Shown here: in pieces, positions 24,490-32,000 of the stretch
Position numbering within the stretch: position 1 is the first letter of the stretch
Layout: the number at the start of each line of letters is the position of its first letter
Source: Edaphobacter aggregans
GTDB taxonomy: Bacteria; Acidobacteriota; Terriglobia; Terriglobales; Acidobacteriaceae
DNA length: 32,000 bases
Direction: 5' to 3'
Assembly: GCF_003945235.1 (NCBI RefSeq)
Contig: NZ_RSDW01000001.1
Coordinates: 480,001 to 512,000, forward strand
Translations under genes and position numbers: made by a program
Notes under the pieces: model-generated
Told to the model about the DNA's origin: nothing
The model's input: the letters and a program-made list of their open reading frames with translations, nothing else
The model's database searches: none

Positions 24490-25707
24490 ATGTCGCGGAT
24501 TCAACAGGTCGCCACTCAGGCACCACCGGACGCGAAGTTCCCGCGATTGCTCGCATTTCTTCAATTCTGGAAGTGGCTGCTTCCATACCTTCGCGATTTC
24601 ATTCACCAAGATGCTCCGTATCAGACTTATCCCAACGGCAAGAGCGGAATCTTTAGCGTCGCCGCTCCGCCGGGAGACGGACCGATGCGGATTGCGGTGG
24701 CTGCTGACTGGGGCACCGGTACGTTGGAGGCAGAGACTGTCGCGGAGAATATGAAGGCAAGTTCTCCCCATTACACGTTGCATCTAGGGGATGTGTACTA
24801 CATGGGGGAGGCAGTCGAAATCGCGGAGAATTGTCTCGGAGTGGCGACGAAGAACTACACCGGAGTGCTGTGGCCCACCTGTTCCCTAGGAAGTTTTGCC
24901 TTGATGGGAAACCACGAGATGTATTCGGGAGGCCAAGGCTACTTTACGACCTTCCTGACTACGCTAGGACTATTAGCTCCCGATAAAACAGTGCGAGACC
25001 CACAAAGTGCAAGCTACTTCTGCCTTGAGGCGGAACATTGGCTGGTGCTGGGACTGGATACCGGCTACCACTCCGGCGGAGTGCCCGCATTTACCGCTAT
25101 ACCAGGCTTGAACAGCATACCGTTCTTCAACGTCGATGCGAGATTTGATGACAAGATGCTGGCTTGGCTGAAGCAGACGATGGACATACTCCAGGCAAAG
25201 AGCAGCACTAAGAAACCCATTTTGCTGCTGACACATCATCAACCAATGAGTTCCTTCGAACATGCATTCAAGAAACCAGTTAAACAATTAGCGGAACTGG
25301 GATTTTTGAATGGGCAAGAATTTGTCTGGCTCTACGGTCATGAACATCGCTTAACGGTTTATGAGAAGCAGACCCTCGGGAATGGTCTAACAGGCTATCC
25401 ACGATGCATAGGGCATGGCGGCATGCCAGTTGAAATTACCAAACTGAGTCAACCAGACTCCAAGATCCGCTTCTACGATCCGAGACAGCACCCCATAGAC
25501 CAAGAGGATCCGAACACCAAGGTTGGCTATAACGGCCACATTGTTCTTCTCTTCGATGGCACTAAGTTGACGATCGAATACCGTGACATACTCAACAACA
25601 ACCTTCTTCTTACGGAGACTTTTACGCCAAACGGAGCTGGCGGACTTGAATACTTGCCTGTCAAACCTGCGGATAGTGCATTGCTCTCCGGACAGCAGAT
25701 AAGTTGA
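24490..25707 (+). CDS. Calcineurin-like metallophosphoesterase (variant motif I)
   Basis: The motifs are RIAVAADWGTG (D-W-G where D-x-H is usual), LGDVYY, GNHEMY, LTHH and GHEHRL. The chosen start is the ATG at 24490. An alternative ATG at 24685 has GGGAGA upstream. The 85-aa upstream part of the track ORF is not coding-like. GC content is markedly lower than in the neighbouring genes. Confidence 0.8.
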   Translation: MSRIQQVATQAPPDAKFPRLLAFLQFWKWLLPYLRDFIHQDAPYQTYPNGKSGIFSVAAPPGDGPMRIAVAADWGTGTLEAETVAENMKASSPHYTLHLGDVYYMGEAVEIAENCLGVATKNYTGVLWPTCSLGSFALMGNHEMYSGGQGYFTTFLTTLGLLAPDKTVRDPQSASYFCLEAEHWLVLGLDTGYHSGGVPAFTAIPGLNSIPFFNVDARFDDKMLAWLKQTMDILQAKSSTKKPILLLTHHQPMSSFEHAFKKPVKQLAELGFLNGQEFVWLYGHEHRLTVYEKQTLGNGLTGYPRCIGHGGMPVEITKLSQPDSKIRFYDPRQHPIDQEDPNTKVGYNGHIVLLFDGTKLTIEYRDILNNNLLLTETFTPNGAGGLEYLPVKPADSALLSGQQIS

Positions 25708-25839
25708 TTCGAGGCAACGCCTTCCATTCCAGGAAGAGGCGCTTTGATGAGTTGATTGGTTCGTCGTCTCGAGATAAGACATTGGGAGTCAATTGCAACT
25801 GGCTGTGCTGGCCGCTTTACTGCGTGCTTCAATTGAGCG

Positions 25840-25869
25840 TTGACTTTGTTGGAGTTACGCGCCTAGGAT
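25840..25869 (+). promoter_or_regulatory. Candidate sigma70-type promoter for the GYD gene
   Basis: TTGACT (25840-25845), an 18-nt spacer, then TAGGAT (25864-25869). GAGGT lies before the ATG at 25890. Confidence 0.3.
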
Positions 25870-25889
25870 GCCGCAACACGAGGTAATGT

Positions 25890-26180
25890 ATGCCAACTTA
25901 TGTCACGCTTGCGCGTTGGACTACGCAGGGAGCACACACAGTTAAGGACAGCCCAGCCAGACTGGATGCCGCGAAGAATGCCCTTGCAGCGGAAGGCGTC
26001 AAGGTACTGCACTTCTTTATGACAACGGGAGCGCACGATATGCTCATCATCACGGAAGCGCCGAATGATGAAGTAATGGCGAAGGCAATGCTAACGCAGA
26101 TTTCAAAGGGAGGCATTACTACGCAGACTTCGCGGGCGTTTACGGAGGATGAGTATCGGAAGATTGTCGGGAGTCTGTAG
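25890..26180 (+). CDS. GYD domain protein
   Basis: 96 aa. The pattern YVTLARWT..G......P.R......A..G.K....FMTTGAHDMLIITEAPNDE.....L....G...T.T..AF is typical of the GYD family. Confidence 0.8.
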   Translation: MPTYVTLARWTTQGAHTVKDSPARLDAAKNALAAEGVKVLHFFMTTGAHDMLIITEAPNDEVMAKAMLTQISKGGITTQTSRAFTEDEYRKIVGSL

Positions 26181-26393
26181 GTCAAGCCGGCGTTGGATCG
26201 AGGCACACCACCCGAAATCGCAACCTGTTGGGTGGGGTGGTGTTGGCCTGATGGTGGGTGAGGCGTGCATCCGCGGGCGTGAGACGGATGAGGCTGATAT
26301 GCTTTCGGCTACGTGAACTTGCGGACAGGCCGTAACAGGGAGCCTCGTTCCCACTTCGTGCGGTACAAATACGGCAAGGGCAAAGCGCAGACT

Positions 26394-27563
26394 ATGAGTG
26401 TTATGAATACGACGATCGTTGCAGGGGAAACGGGTTCGATGGTCAAGCCGGGGCGGCTGCTCTCGCTGGATCTGTTGCGCGGGCTCACGATTGGCTTCAT
26501 GATCCTGGTGAATAACAACGGCTCGGAGGCGGCGGCTTACTGGCCGCTGAAACATGCCGCGTGGAATGGGTTTACGCCGACTGATCTTGTGTTCCCGACG
26601 TTTCTGTTTCTGGTGGGGATCTCGACGGTGTTCTCTACCGCTTCGCGGTTGGCTCAGGGAGCGACGAAGCAGTCGCTGTTTTTGCATACGCTGCGGCGAG
26701 CGGTGATTTTGTTTTTGCTGGGGCTGCTGGTGAATAGCTTTCCGCAGTTTCATCTGCATACGCTGCGGATTTATGGGGTGCTTCCGCGGATTGCGGTCTG
26801 CTATTTCGTTGTGGCTACGCTGTACCTGGTGTGGCCGGGGTGGAAGGATAAGGTGGTGCTGGTGGTGGCGGCGCTGGCTGGGTACTGGATCATCATGCGG
26901 TTTGTGCCGGTGCCAGGATATGGCGTTCCTACACATGATGTTCCGTTGCTGGATCATGATGGGAATTTGGTGGCTTGGCTCGACCGGCAGATATTTTCGG
27001 CTTCGCATTTATATGAGCGGACACGCGATCCTGAGGGGCTGATCAGCACGCTGCCTGCGCTGGGGACGGCGCTGATCGGGATGCTGACGGGGCTTTGGCT
27101 ACGGACGGAGAGGACGCTGAAGGCGAAGGCTCGGGGGATTGAGTACGCGGGCTTGAGCGGGGTCTTGCTGGGGTGGCTTTGGAACGTGTGGTTTCCGATC
27201 AATAAGAAGTTGTGGACCAGCTCGTATGTGTTGTTTGCGGCGGGGTGGAGTCTGCTGCTGCTGGCATTTTCGATCTGGCTCGTCGATGTGCGAGGCGTGC
27301 GGCGTGGGTGGTGGACGACGTTTTTGCAGGTGTTTGGGACGAATGCGATTGTGGCGTATGTCTTCTCGGAACTGCTGGCCGGGGCGATTGGCAGCATTCA
27401 TGTTGCTCCGGGAGTGAATCTGGGGCGATGGATGTACAACGGGATTCATAGCGTGGTGCCAGATGCGGCGTTCGCTTCCCTGCTTTACTCGCTGGGTTTT
27501 GTGTTGGTGTGCTGGCTGGCGGTGTATCCGCTCTATCGGCGGCGGATCTTTATCAAGATTTGA
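26394..27563 (+). CDS. Heparan-alpha-glucosaminide N-acetyltransferase-like membrane acyltransferase (DUF1624/DUF5009)
   Basis: The start is trimmed to the ATG at 26394. It has RLLSLDLLRGLTIGFMILVNN and HAAWNGFTPTDLVFPTFLFLVG, with about 10-11 TM helices. Confidence 0.8.
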   Translation: MSVMNTTIVAGETGSMVKPGRLLSLDLLRGLTIGFMILVNNNGSEAAAYWPLKHAAWNGFTPTDLVFPTFLFLVGISTVFSTASRLAQGATKQSLFLHTLRRAVILFLLGLLVNSFPQFHLHTLRIYGVLPRIAVCYFVVATLYLVWPGWKDKVVLVVAALAGYWIIMRFVPVPGYGVPTHDVPLLDHDGNLVAWLDRQIFSASHLYERTRDPEGLISTLPALGTALIGMLTGLWLRTERTLKAKARGIEYAGLSGVLLGWLWNVWFPINKKLWTSSYVLFAAGWSLLLLAFSIWLVDVRGVRRGWWTTFLQVFGTNAIVAYVFSELLAGAIGSIHVAPGVNLGRWMYNGIHSVVPDAAFASLLYSLGFVLVCWLAVYPLYRRRIFIKI

Positions 27564-27643
27564 GAGCGCGGTTTGTCGGAATCAGGAGGAGATGATTGCT
27601 TTCCCGCATGTGGGGATGGCAACAAAAAAGCCGCACAAAGTAA

Positions 27644-27696
27644 GGTGACTCGGATCATCACTGCTCAGCGCAGGGATAATGCGAGCCACCCCTTTT
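27644..27696. terminator. Possible terminator between convergent genes
   Basis: The stem is ggtgactcg / cgagccacc (9 bp with 1 mismatch) enclosing a small inner hairpin, followed by cc-tttt. The loop is long, so this is a weak call. Confidence 0.3.
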
Positions 27697-27700
27697 AGAA

Positions 27701-30118
27701 TTATTCGGGTGGGCGGCGGGGTTTGCGGCTCTTTTTAAGCGGCGGGGCGGAGCTGGGTGGGTGTTGCTTGCCGTTTCCGTTTCCATTTCCGTTGACTGAG
27801 AGCTTGACGCCGGGGGTTTCAATGACGGCTCGCATCCAGTAGTTGCCTTCGGCGTCGGTTTCGATGCCGTGGACCTCACGTTCAAAGCCGGGGAAGCGCT
27901 TGCCGAACTCTTCGGTGGCGAGGATGAGGCGGATGACGGGGCTTTCGGGACCTCCGAGGCGCTCGCCAGGCATACACATGGGGATGCCGGGAGGATAAGG
28001 CACGAGCATGACGGCGCCGATGCGGCCGGCCATGTGGGTGAAGCGGATTTTTTCGGTTTCGGCGCGCAGGAGCTTCTGGTAGGTCTGCGCCGGGGTGAGG
28101 ACGGGGTCGAAGTCTTCGTCGCAGGCGTCGCCGACGAGTGTGGGCAGGTTGAGCTGCACCATAGCGGCGTGCATCTCGTCCGAGAGTTCTTTGAGGGTAG
28201 TGTTGCGGTAGCGGTGGGGGTACTTGGCTACGAGTTCGGGGAGCGCTTCTTCGAGCGGAGCTTCGCTGTCGTAGAGGCGCTTGAATTCGAAGAGGTTCTC
28301 GAGGAGGCTTCCCCACTTGCCCTTGGAGGTGCCGACGGAGAAGAGGACTAGGACGGTGTAGTCGCCGGTGCGGGCGATTTCGACGCGGCGGGAGTCGAGG
28401 AACTCGGTGAGTATGGCGCCGGGGATGCCCCAGTCGCTGACCTGACCCTGCGCGTTGACGCCCGGCATGAGGATGGTGACCTTGGTGGGGTCGAGCATGC
28501 AGTAGCCGTCGGCGATGTCTTCGTCCTGGAAGCCGTGCCAGTCCTCGCCGGGCTTGAGTGTCCAGGAGTTGGGGTCTTTGGAGAGGAGCGAGTCTGGGGC
28601 TTCTTCGAAGACGTGCATCTGGCCGTCGGCGGGGTCGATGACCTGATCGGGCTGGAAGAGGCGGAAGAACCAGCCTTCACCACCTTCGGCGGCGCGGAGG
28701 CGGTGAGCGACTGAGGACATGGCCTTGCGGAAGCTGATGGCGTCCTGGATGGTGTCGTACATCAGCGTGGGACCGGCAGGTTCGTCCATCATGGCTGCGG
28801 CCACGTCGAGCGATGCGATGAGCGGGTAGAAGGGCGAGGTGGTGCCGTGCATCATGAAGGACTCGTTGAACTGGTCGAAGTCGAGCGGAGCACGGGGGCT
28901 GAGCTTAATGTGGACCATGGAGCCCATGGAGAAGGCCGCGAGCATCTTGTGTGTGGATTGCACGGCGAAGATGGCTGGACGGCCGGGCATGTCGTCGGGG
29001 ACGTCCATGGCGAAGCGGCCGCGGTAGATTTTGTGGAACTTTGCGTAGGCGTACCAAGCTTCGTCGAAGTGGACGCGAGGGACGGATTTGGAGAGCTCTT
29101 CAACGACGCGGTTGACGTCGTAGCAGAGGCCGTCGTAGGTGGAGTTGGTGACGACGGCATAAGTCGGGTTCTGGTTTTCGACACCCTTGGTGAGCGGGCT
29201 GCGCTCGATGAGGCCCTTGATGAAGTCGGGGTGGAAACGCTTGAGCGGGACGAGGCCGATCATGCCGTAGCCGTTGCGCGTGGGCTTCATGTAGACGGGG
29301 CGCGCGCCGGTGACGGTGAGGGAGTGACAGATGGATTTGTGGCAGTTGGCGTCGGCGAGAACGATGTCGTCCTGAGCGATGACTCCGTGACCGATGATCT
29401 GGTTGGAGGTGGAGGAGCCGCCGAGGACGTAGAAGGTCCAATCGGCGCCGAAGATGCGGGCGGCGTTGCGCTCGGATTCGCCGGCGGGCCCGAGGTGATC
29501 GAGCCATGAACCGAGGGGCGCGGTGGAGATGCCGAGATCGGAGCGGAGGAGATTTTCGCCGAAGAACTTGTGGAACTCCATGCCGACGGGGTGCTTGAGA
29601 TACGCGACGCCGCCCATGTGGCCGGGAGCGTCCCAGGAGTAAGCGCCCTGGTCGGTGTACTTCTTGAGTTCGCGGAAGTAGGGCGGGAGGAGCTGCTCGT
29701 GGTAGCGCTCGACGGCGAAGTCGACACGGTTGGCGATGAAGGCCGGGGTGTCGCCGAAGAGGTGGATGTACTCGTGGACCTGCTTGACCACTTCGAGGGG
29801 GAGTTCGCTGACGAGGGTGCGGTCGGCGATGAGGAAGATCGGGATTTTCTTGTTGCGATGGCGGACGGCACGGAGGATCTTGAGTGCGGCGCGCTCGTCG
29901 AACTGGTTCTCGCCTTCGAGGTCCCAGTCGAGCAGGATCGCACTGTGCGACGGGTCCGACGTTACCAGCGACAGACCATCTTCCGGCGTGGAGGTGCGGA
30001 CGACCTCGTAACCCTCTTCACTAATTGCTTCAACAAGCCTCTCCATGGCGCGGTCTGAGACCGAGTCGGTACCACCCACTTCGCTTGCAATCAATAAAAC
30101 CCAACGACCTTCGTTCAT
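27701..30118 (-). CDS. Large fold-type I PLP-dependent Orn/Lys/Arg decarboxylase (biodegradative AdiA/CadA/SpeF class) with an N-terminal wing domain
   Basis: 805 aa. It has a receiver-like wing domain at the N-terminus, the PLP-lysine motif FAVQSTHKMLAAF, and conserved major and C-terminal domains. An unusual approximately 40-aa GN-repeat/basic tail is present. Substrate cannot be assigned by eye. Confidence 0.9.
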   Translation of the reverse strand: MNEGRWVLLIASEVGGTDSVSDRAMERLVEAISEEGYEVVRTSTPEDGLSLVTSDPSHSAILLDWDLEGENQFDERAALKILRAVRHRNKKIPIFLIADRTLVSELPLEVVKQVHEYIHLFGDTPAFIANRVDFAVERYHEQLLPPYFRELKKYTDQGAYSWDAPGHMGGVAYLKHPVGMEFHKFFGENLLRSDLGISTAPLGSWLDHLGPAGESERNAARIFGADWTFYVLGGSSTSNQIIGHGVIAQDDIVLADANCHKSICHSLTVTGARPVYMKPTRNGYGMIGLVPLKRFHPDFIKGLIERSPLTKGVENQNPTYAVVTNSTYDGLCYDVNRVVEELSKSVPRVHFDEAWYAYAKFHKIYRGRFAMDVPDDMPGRPAIFAVQSTHKMLAAFSMGSMVHIKLSPRAPLDFDQFNESFMMHGTTSPFYPLIASLDVAAAMMDEPAGPTLMYDTIQDAISFRKAMSSVAHRLRAAEGGEGWFFRLFQPDQVIDPADGQMHVFEEAPDSLLSKDPNSWTLKPGEDWHGFQDEDIADGYCMLDPTKVTILMPGVNAQGQVSDWGIPGAILTEFLDSRRVEIARTGDYTVLVLFSVGTSKGKWGSLLENLFEFKRLYDSEAPLEEALPELVAKYPHRYRNTTLKELSDEMHAAMVQLNLPTLVGDACDEDFDPVLTPAQTYQKLLRAETEKIRFTHMAGRIGAVMLVPYPPGIPMCMPGERLGGPESPVIRLILATEEFGKRFPGFEREVHGIETDAEGNYWMRAVIETPGVKLSVNGNGNGNGKQHPPSSAPPLKKSRKPRRPPE

Positions 30119-30215
30119 TCCACCTCGCTACTTCCATTTGTCAGTTTATAGCGATTCGACACTGGAATGTGTGAACGCCGTGAATATGTGGGGACGGTGT
30201 GACGGGGCGATTTGA

Positions 30216-31178
30216 CTAGCTTGCGCTGAGCGAGAGCAGGTCGAGGGCGCCTTTGGATTTGAGGTCGTCGGCGACCCACTGGCCGAGGGTCTCGGAGCTG
30301 GTGTCGAAGGTGGCTTCGGTCTCAATCTGTACCATGGATTCGCCGTCGGGCGCGACGACTTGGGCGAACATACGCCACTTGTTGAACTCGGGAACACAGT
30401 GAGCGCCGACGGGGAGCGAACAGCCTCCGCCGAGAGCATCGAGTGTAACGCGTTCGGCTTCAACGCAGAAACGGGTCTCGGGGTGGTCGAGGAAGGCGAT
30501 GGCTTGGCGGATGGCGCGGTCGCGATCGGTAAAGGAAGAGCGGGTCTCGATGGCGAGCGCTCCTTGCCCCGGGGCGGGACATATCTCGTCGGGGGAGAAA
30601 CGTTGGTGCACCCACTCGGCGCGCTTGAGGCGGTCGAGGCCAGCGGCGGCGAGGACGAGCGCGTCGCATTGACCGGCGGCGAGCTTTTTGAGGCGCGTGT
30701 CGATGTTGCCACGGACGTCGACGAATTGGACGTCGGGGCGGAGCGCCAGGAGTTGTGCTCGGCGGCGTGGGCTGGTAGTGCCGATGCGGCCTCCCATGGG
30801 GAGCGTATGGAGGGCCCAGTAGGGTTCGCAGACCCAGACGTCGCGGGCGTCGGCGCGTTTGGGGATGGCGGCGAGGGTGAACTGGGGGGCGAGTTGGGTG
30901 GGGAGATCCTTGAGGGAGTGGACGGCGAGGTCGATGCGGCCTTCTTCGAGGGCTTCCTCGATTTCTTTGATGAAGATGCCTTTGCCGTCGAGGTTCGCGG
31001 GTGGGACGAAGCCGGGCTGCTGCATACGGTCGCCGGTGGTGCGGATGATTTCGATCTCGGCGGCGTGGCCGGCGTCGCGCAGGGCGTAGAGGACGTGGTT
31101 GGCCTGCCAGAGGGCCAGCTGGGAGCCTCGGGAGCCTATGCGGATGGGTGTGGTGAGGATGTCGTGCTCTTTGCTCAT
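30216..31178 (-). CDS. hemC: Hydroxymethylbilane synthase (porphobilinogen deaminase)
   Basis: The start is trimmed to the ATG at 31176-31178 (MSKEHDILTTPIRIGSRGSQLALWQA). It has RGNIDTRL and the cofactor cysteine block GGCSLPVGAH. Confidence 0.9.
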   Translation of the reverse strand: MSKEHDILTTPIRIGSRGSQLALWQANHVLYALRDAGHAAEIEIIRTTGDRMQQPGFVPPANLDGKGIFIKEIEEALEEGRIDLAVHSLKDLPTQLAPQFTLAAIPKRADARDVWVCEPYWALHTLPMGGRIGTTSPRRRAQLLALRPDVQFVDVRGNIDTRLKKLAAGQCDALVLAAAGLDRLKRAEWVHQRFSPDEICPAPGQGALAIETRSSFTDRDRAIRQAIAFLDHPETRFCVEAERVTLDALGGGCSLPVGAHCVPEFNKWRMFAQVVAPDGESMVQIETEATFDTSSETLGQWVADDLKSKGALDLLSLSAS

Positions 31179-31200
31179 GACTTCTCTAGGATACGGGATT

Positions 31201-31656
31201 TTAGCGGCCAACAATTTTCGATACGAGGCGAAGGAGTTCGTCGCGCTCGTTGGGGGCAAGCTGGAGCAACATGAGACGGCAGTTTTCAACCTGGACATCG
31301 CGCAGCTTGGCCGCTAATCGAAGACCTATGGAGGTCAGCTCGATGTATACAGTGCGGCGGTCTGAGGGTCTTCGCTGGCGAACGACGACCCGACGAGCTT
31401 CGAGGCGGTCGAGCGCTGAGGAGATGGTGGTGATGGGAGACTGGAGCGCCTGGGCGATTTTGCGAACGCTCCAGTCGCCAGGCTCTGCCAGCACCTGGAG
31501 TAGGCCTATGTCGTTCGCGTGGAGGTCTGCATAGGCGCTGCCGGCCAGGATGCCAGGTTCGAGCTTGAAACGGCGCAAAAGGGTGGCGATGCACCCGTGG
31601 AGCGTGATGGATTGAGAATCGTCAACCTTCTGGGGGTTTGCGGGGCTTCGTTTCAT
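31201..31656 (-). CDS. MarR family transcriptional regulator
   Basis: 151 aa. The winged-helix core is NDIGLLQVLAEPGDWSVRKIAQALQSPITTISSALDRLEARRVVVRQRRPSDRRTVYIELT. The stop lies 22 nt upstream of the hemC start. Confidence 0.85.
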   Translation of the reverse strand: MKRSPANPQKVDDSQSITLHGCIATLLRRFKLEPGILAGSAYADLHANDIGLLQVLAEPGDWSVRKIAQALQSPITTISSALDRLEARRVVVRQRRPSDRRTVYIELTSIGLRLAAKLRDVQVENCRLMLLQLAPNERDELLRLVSKIVGR

Positions 31657-31710
31657 TGCTTGGCCATCATAGTTTATCCATTGCAGTTGTCACAGACCGG
31701 AAGAGACCTC

Positions 31711-31739
31711 TTGACGATATAGAACGATATTCGTATATT
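31711..31739 (+). promoter_or_regulatory. Candidate sigma70-type promoter for the gene starting at 31770
   Basis: TTGACG (31711-31716), exactly 17 nt, then TATATT (31734-31739). GAGGTG at 31758-31763 precedes the ATG at 31770. Confidence 0.45.
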
Positions 31740-31758
31740 ACGATAATCGGAATATACG
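31732..31758. promoter_or_regulatory. Inverted repeat overlapping the -10 element, a candidate MarR operator
   Basis: cgtatatt (31732-31739) and aatatacg (31751-31758) form a perfect 8-bp inverted repeat with an 11-nt spacer. ACGATA(T/A) direct repeats also occur at 31714, 31724 and 31740. Confidence 0.4.
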
Positions 31759-31769
31759 AGGTGCGGATT

Positions 31770-32000
31770 ATGGGTGCGCTGCGGTTCTCGATATCACTGG
31801 TTTTTATACTCTCGGCGGGTGTGGTGGCTGTTCCCGCACAAGTTTGTGCTCCACCACCGGGATTCGTTGATATTCCCCATCCGGCTATTGCGAATGCGGA
31901 GGAGTTGGTCTCGCACACAGAAGAGGTCACTATCAATCGGCCGCTGGCTGCGGTGCTTCATGGTTCCAGCAGGCCGCTCAAGGACATCATTCATAAGTCG
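31770..32000 (+). CDS. 5-prime part of a secreted hypothetical protein (runs off the window)
   Basis: ATG at 31770. The sequence MGALRFSISLVFILSAGVVAVPAQVCAPPPGF... is signal-peptide-like. The frame stays open to the window end, and the gene is divergent from marR. Confidence 0.55.
   Translation, partial: MGALRFSISLVFILSAGVVAVPAQVCAPPPGFVDIPHPAIANAEELVSHTEEVTINRPLAAVLHGSSRPLKDIIHKS

Noticed and set aside
26204-26244. A hairpin (acaccaccc / gggtggtgt) downstream of the GYD gene, considered as a terminator
   Set aside because: The loop is about 21 nt, alternative pairings exist, and there is no T-tract. This is too weak to call.
1-32000. A scan for tRNA (T-loop GGTTCGAATCC-like), rRNA, tmRNA, transposase/integrase, reverse transcriptase, toxin-antitoxin pairs and known defence-system genes
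   Set aside because: None was recognised by eye on either strand. Absence cannot be proven without tRNAscan/Infernal/HMM searches.

Overview
A GC-rich chromosomal window with several lower-GC patches. The gene content points to a soil Acidobacteriota (Terriglobia-like) genome, though this is inference only: giant NHL/Ig-like and beta-propeller lipoproteins, a chlorite-dismutase-family heme protein, and an L-fuconate pathway. I support about 30 CDS. These are htpX, a DUF4149-like membrane protein, a ZIP transporter, and a six-gene co-directional block (SDR, L-fuconate dehydratase, FAH hydrolase, GH35-like glycosidase, GGCT-like protein, 818-aa NHL/Ig surface protein) with a divergent mutarotase. 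Then come a 715-aa beta-propeller lipoprotein, a glycine-zipper lipoprotein, engB, an orphan urocanase-Rossmann-like protein, a secreted NTF2-like protein, a CGNR zinc-finger regulator and a frameshifted second NTF2-like gene. The rest are two secreted proteins of unknown function, inositol-3-phosphate synthase, dedA, a chlorite-dismutase-family protein, nth, hemD, a metallophosphoesterase, a GYD protein, an HGSNAT-like acyltransferase, a large PLP Orn/Lys/Arg decarboxylase, hemC and marR. I saw no rRNA, tRNA, CRISPR array, transposase or integrase, and no recognisable defence genes. I did not find a clear-cut novel multi-gene system. The best candidates for follow-up are: (1) the 14.96-17.6 kb CGNR / NTF2-like / urocanase-fragment-like array; (2) two secreted proteins (13.2 kb and 18.5 kb) that share a VirB10/TrbI-like barrel motif but carry different low-complexity modules; (3) the fucose-catabolism block fused transcriptionally to a giant NHL-Ig surface protein that has an internal TM hairpin; (4) a low-GC islet with a variant metallophosphoesterase. 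All family assignments come from motif recognition by eye, not from database searches.
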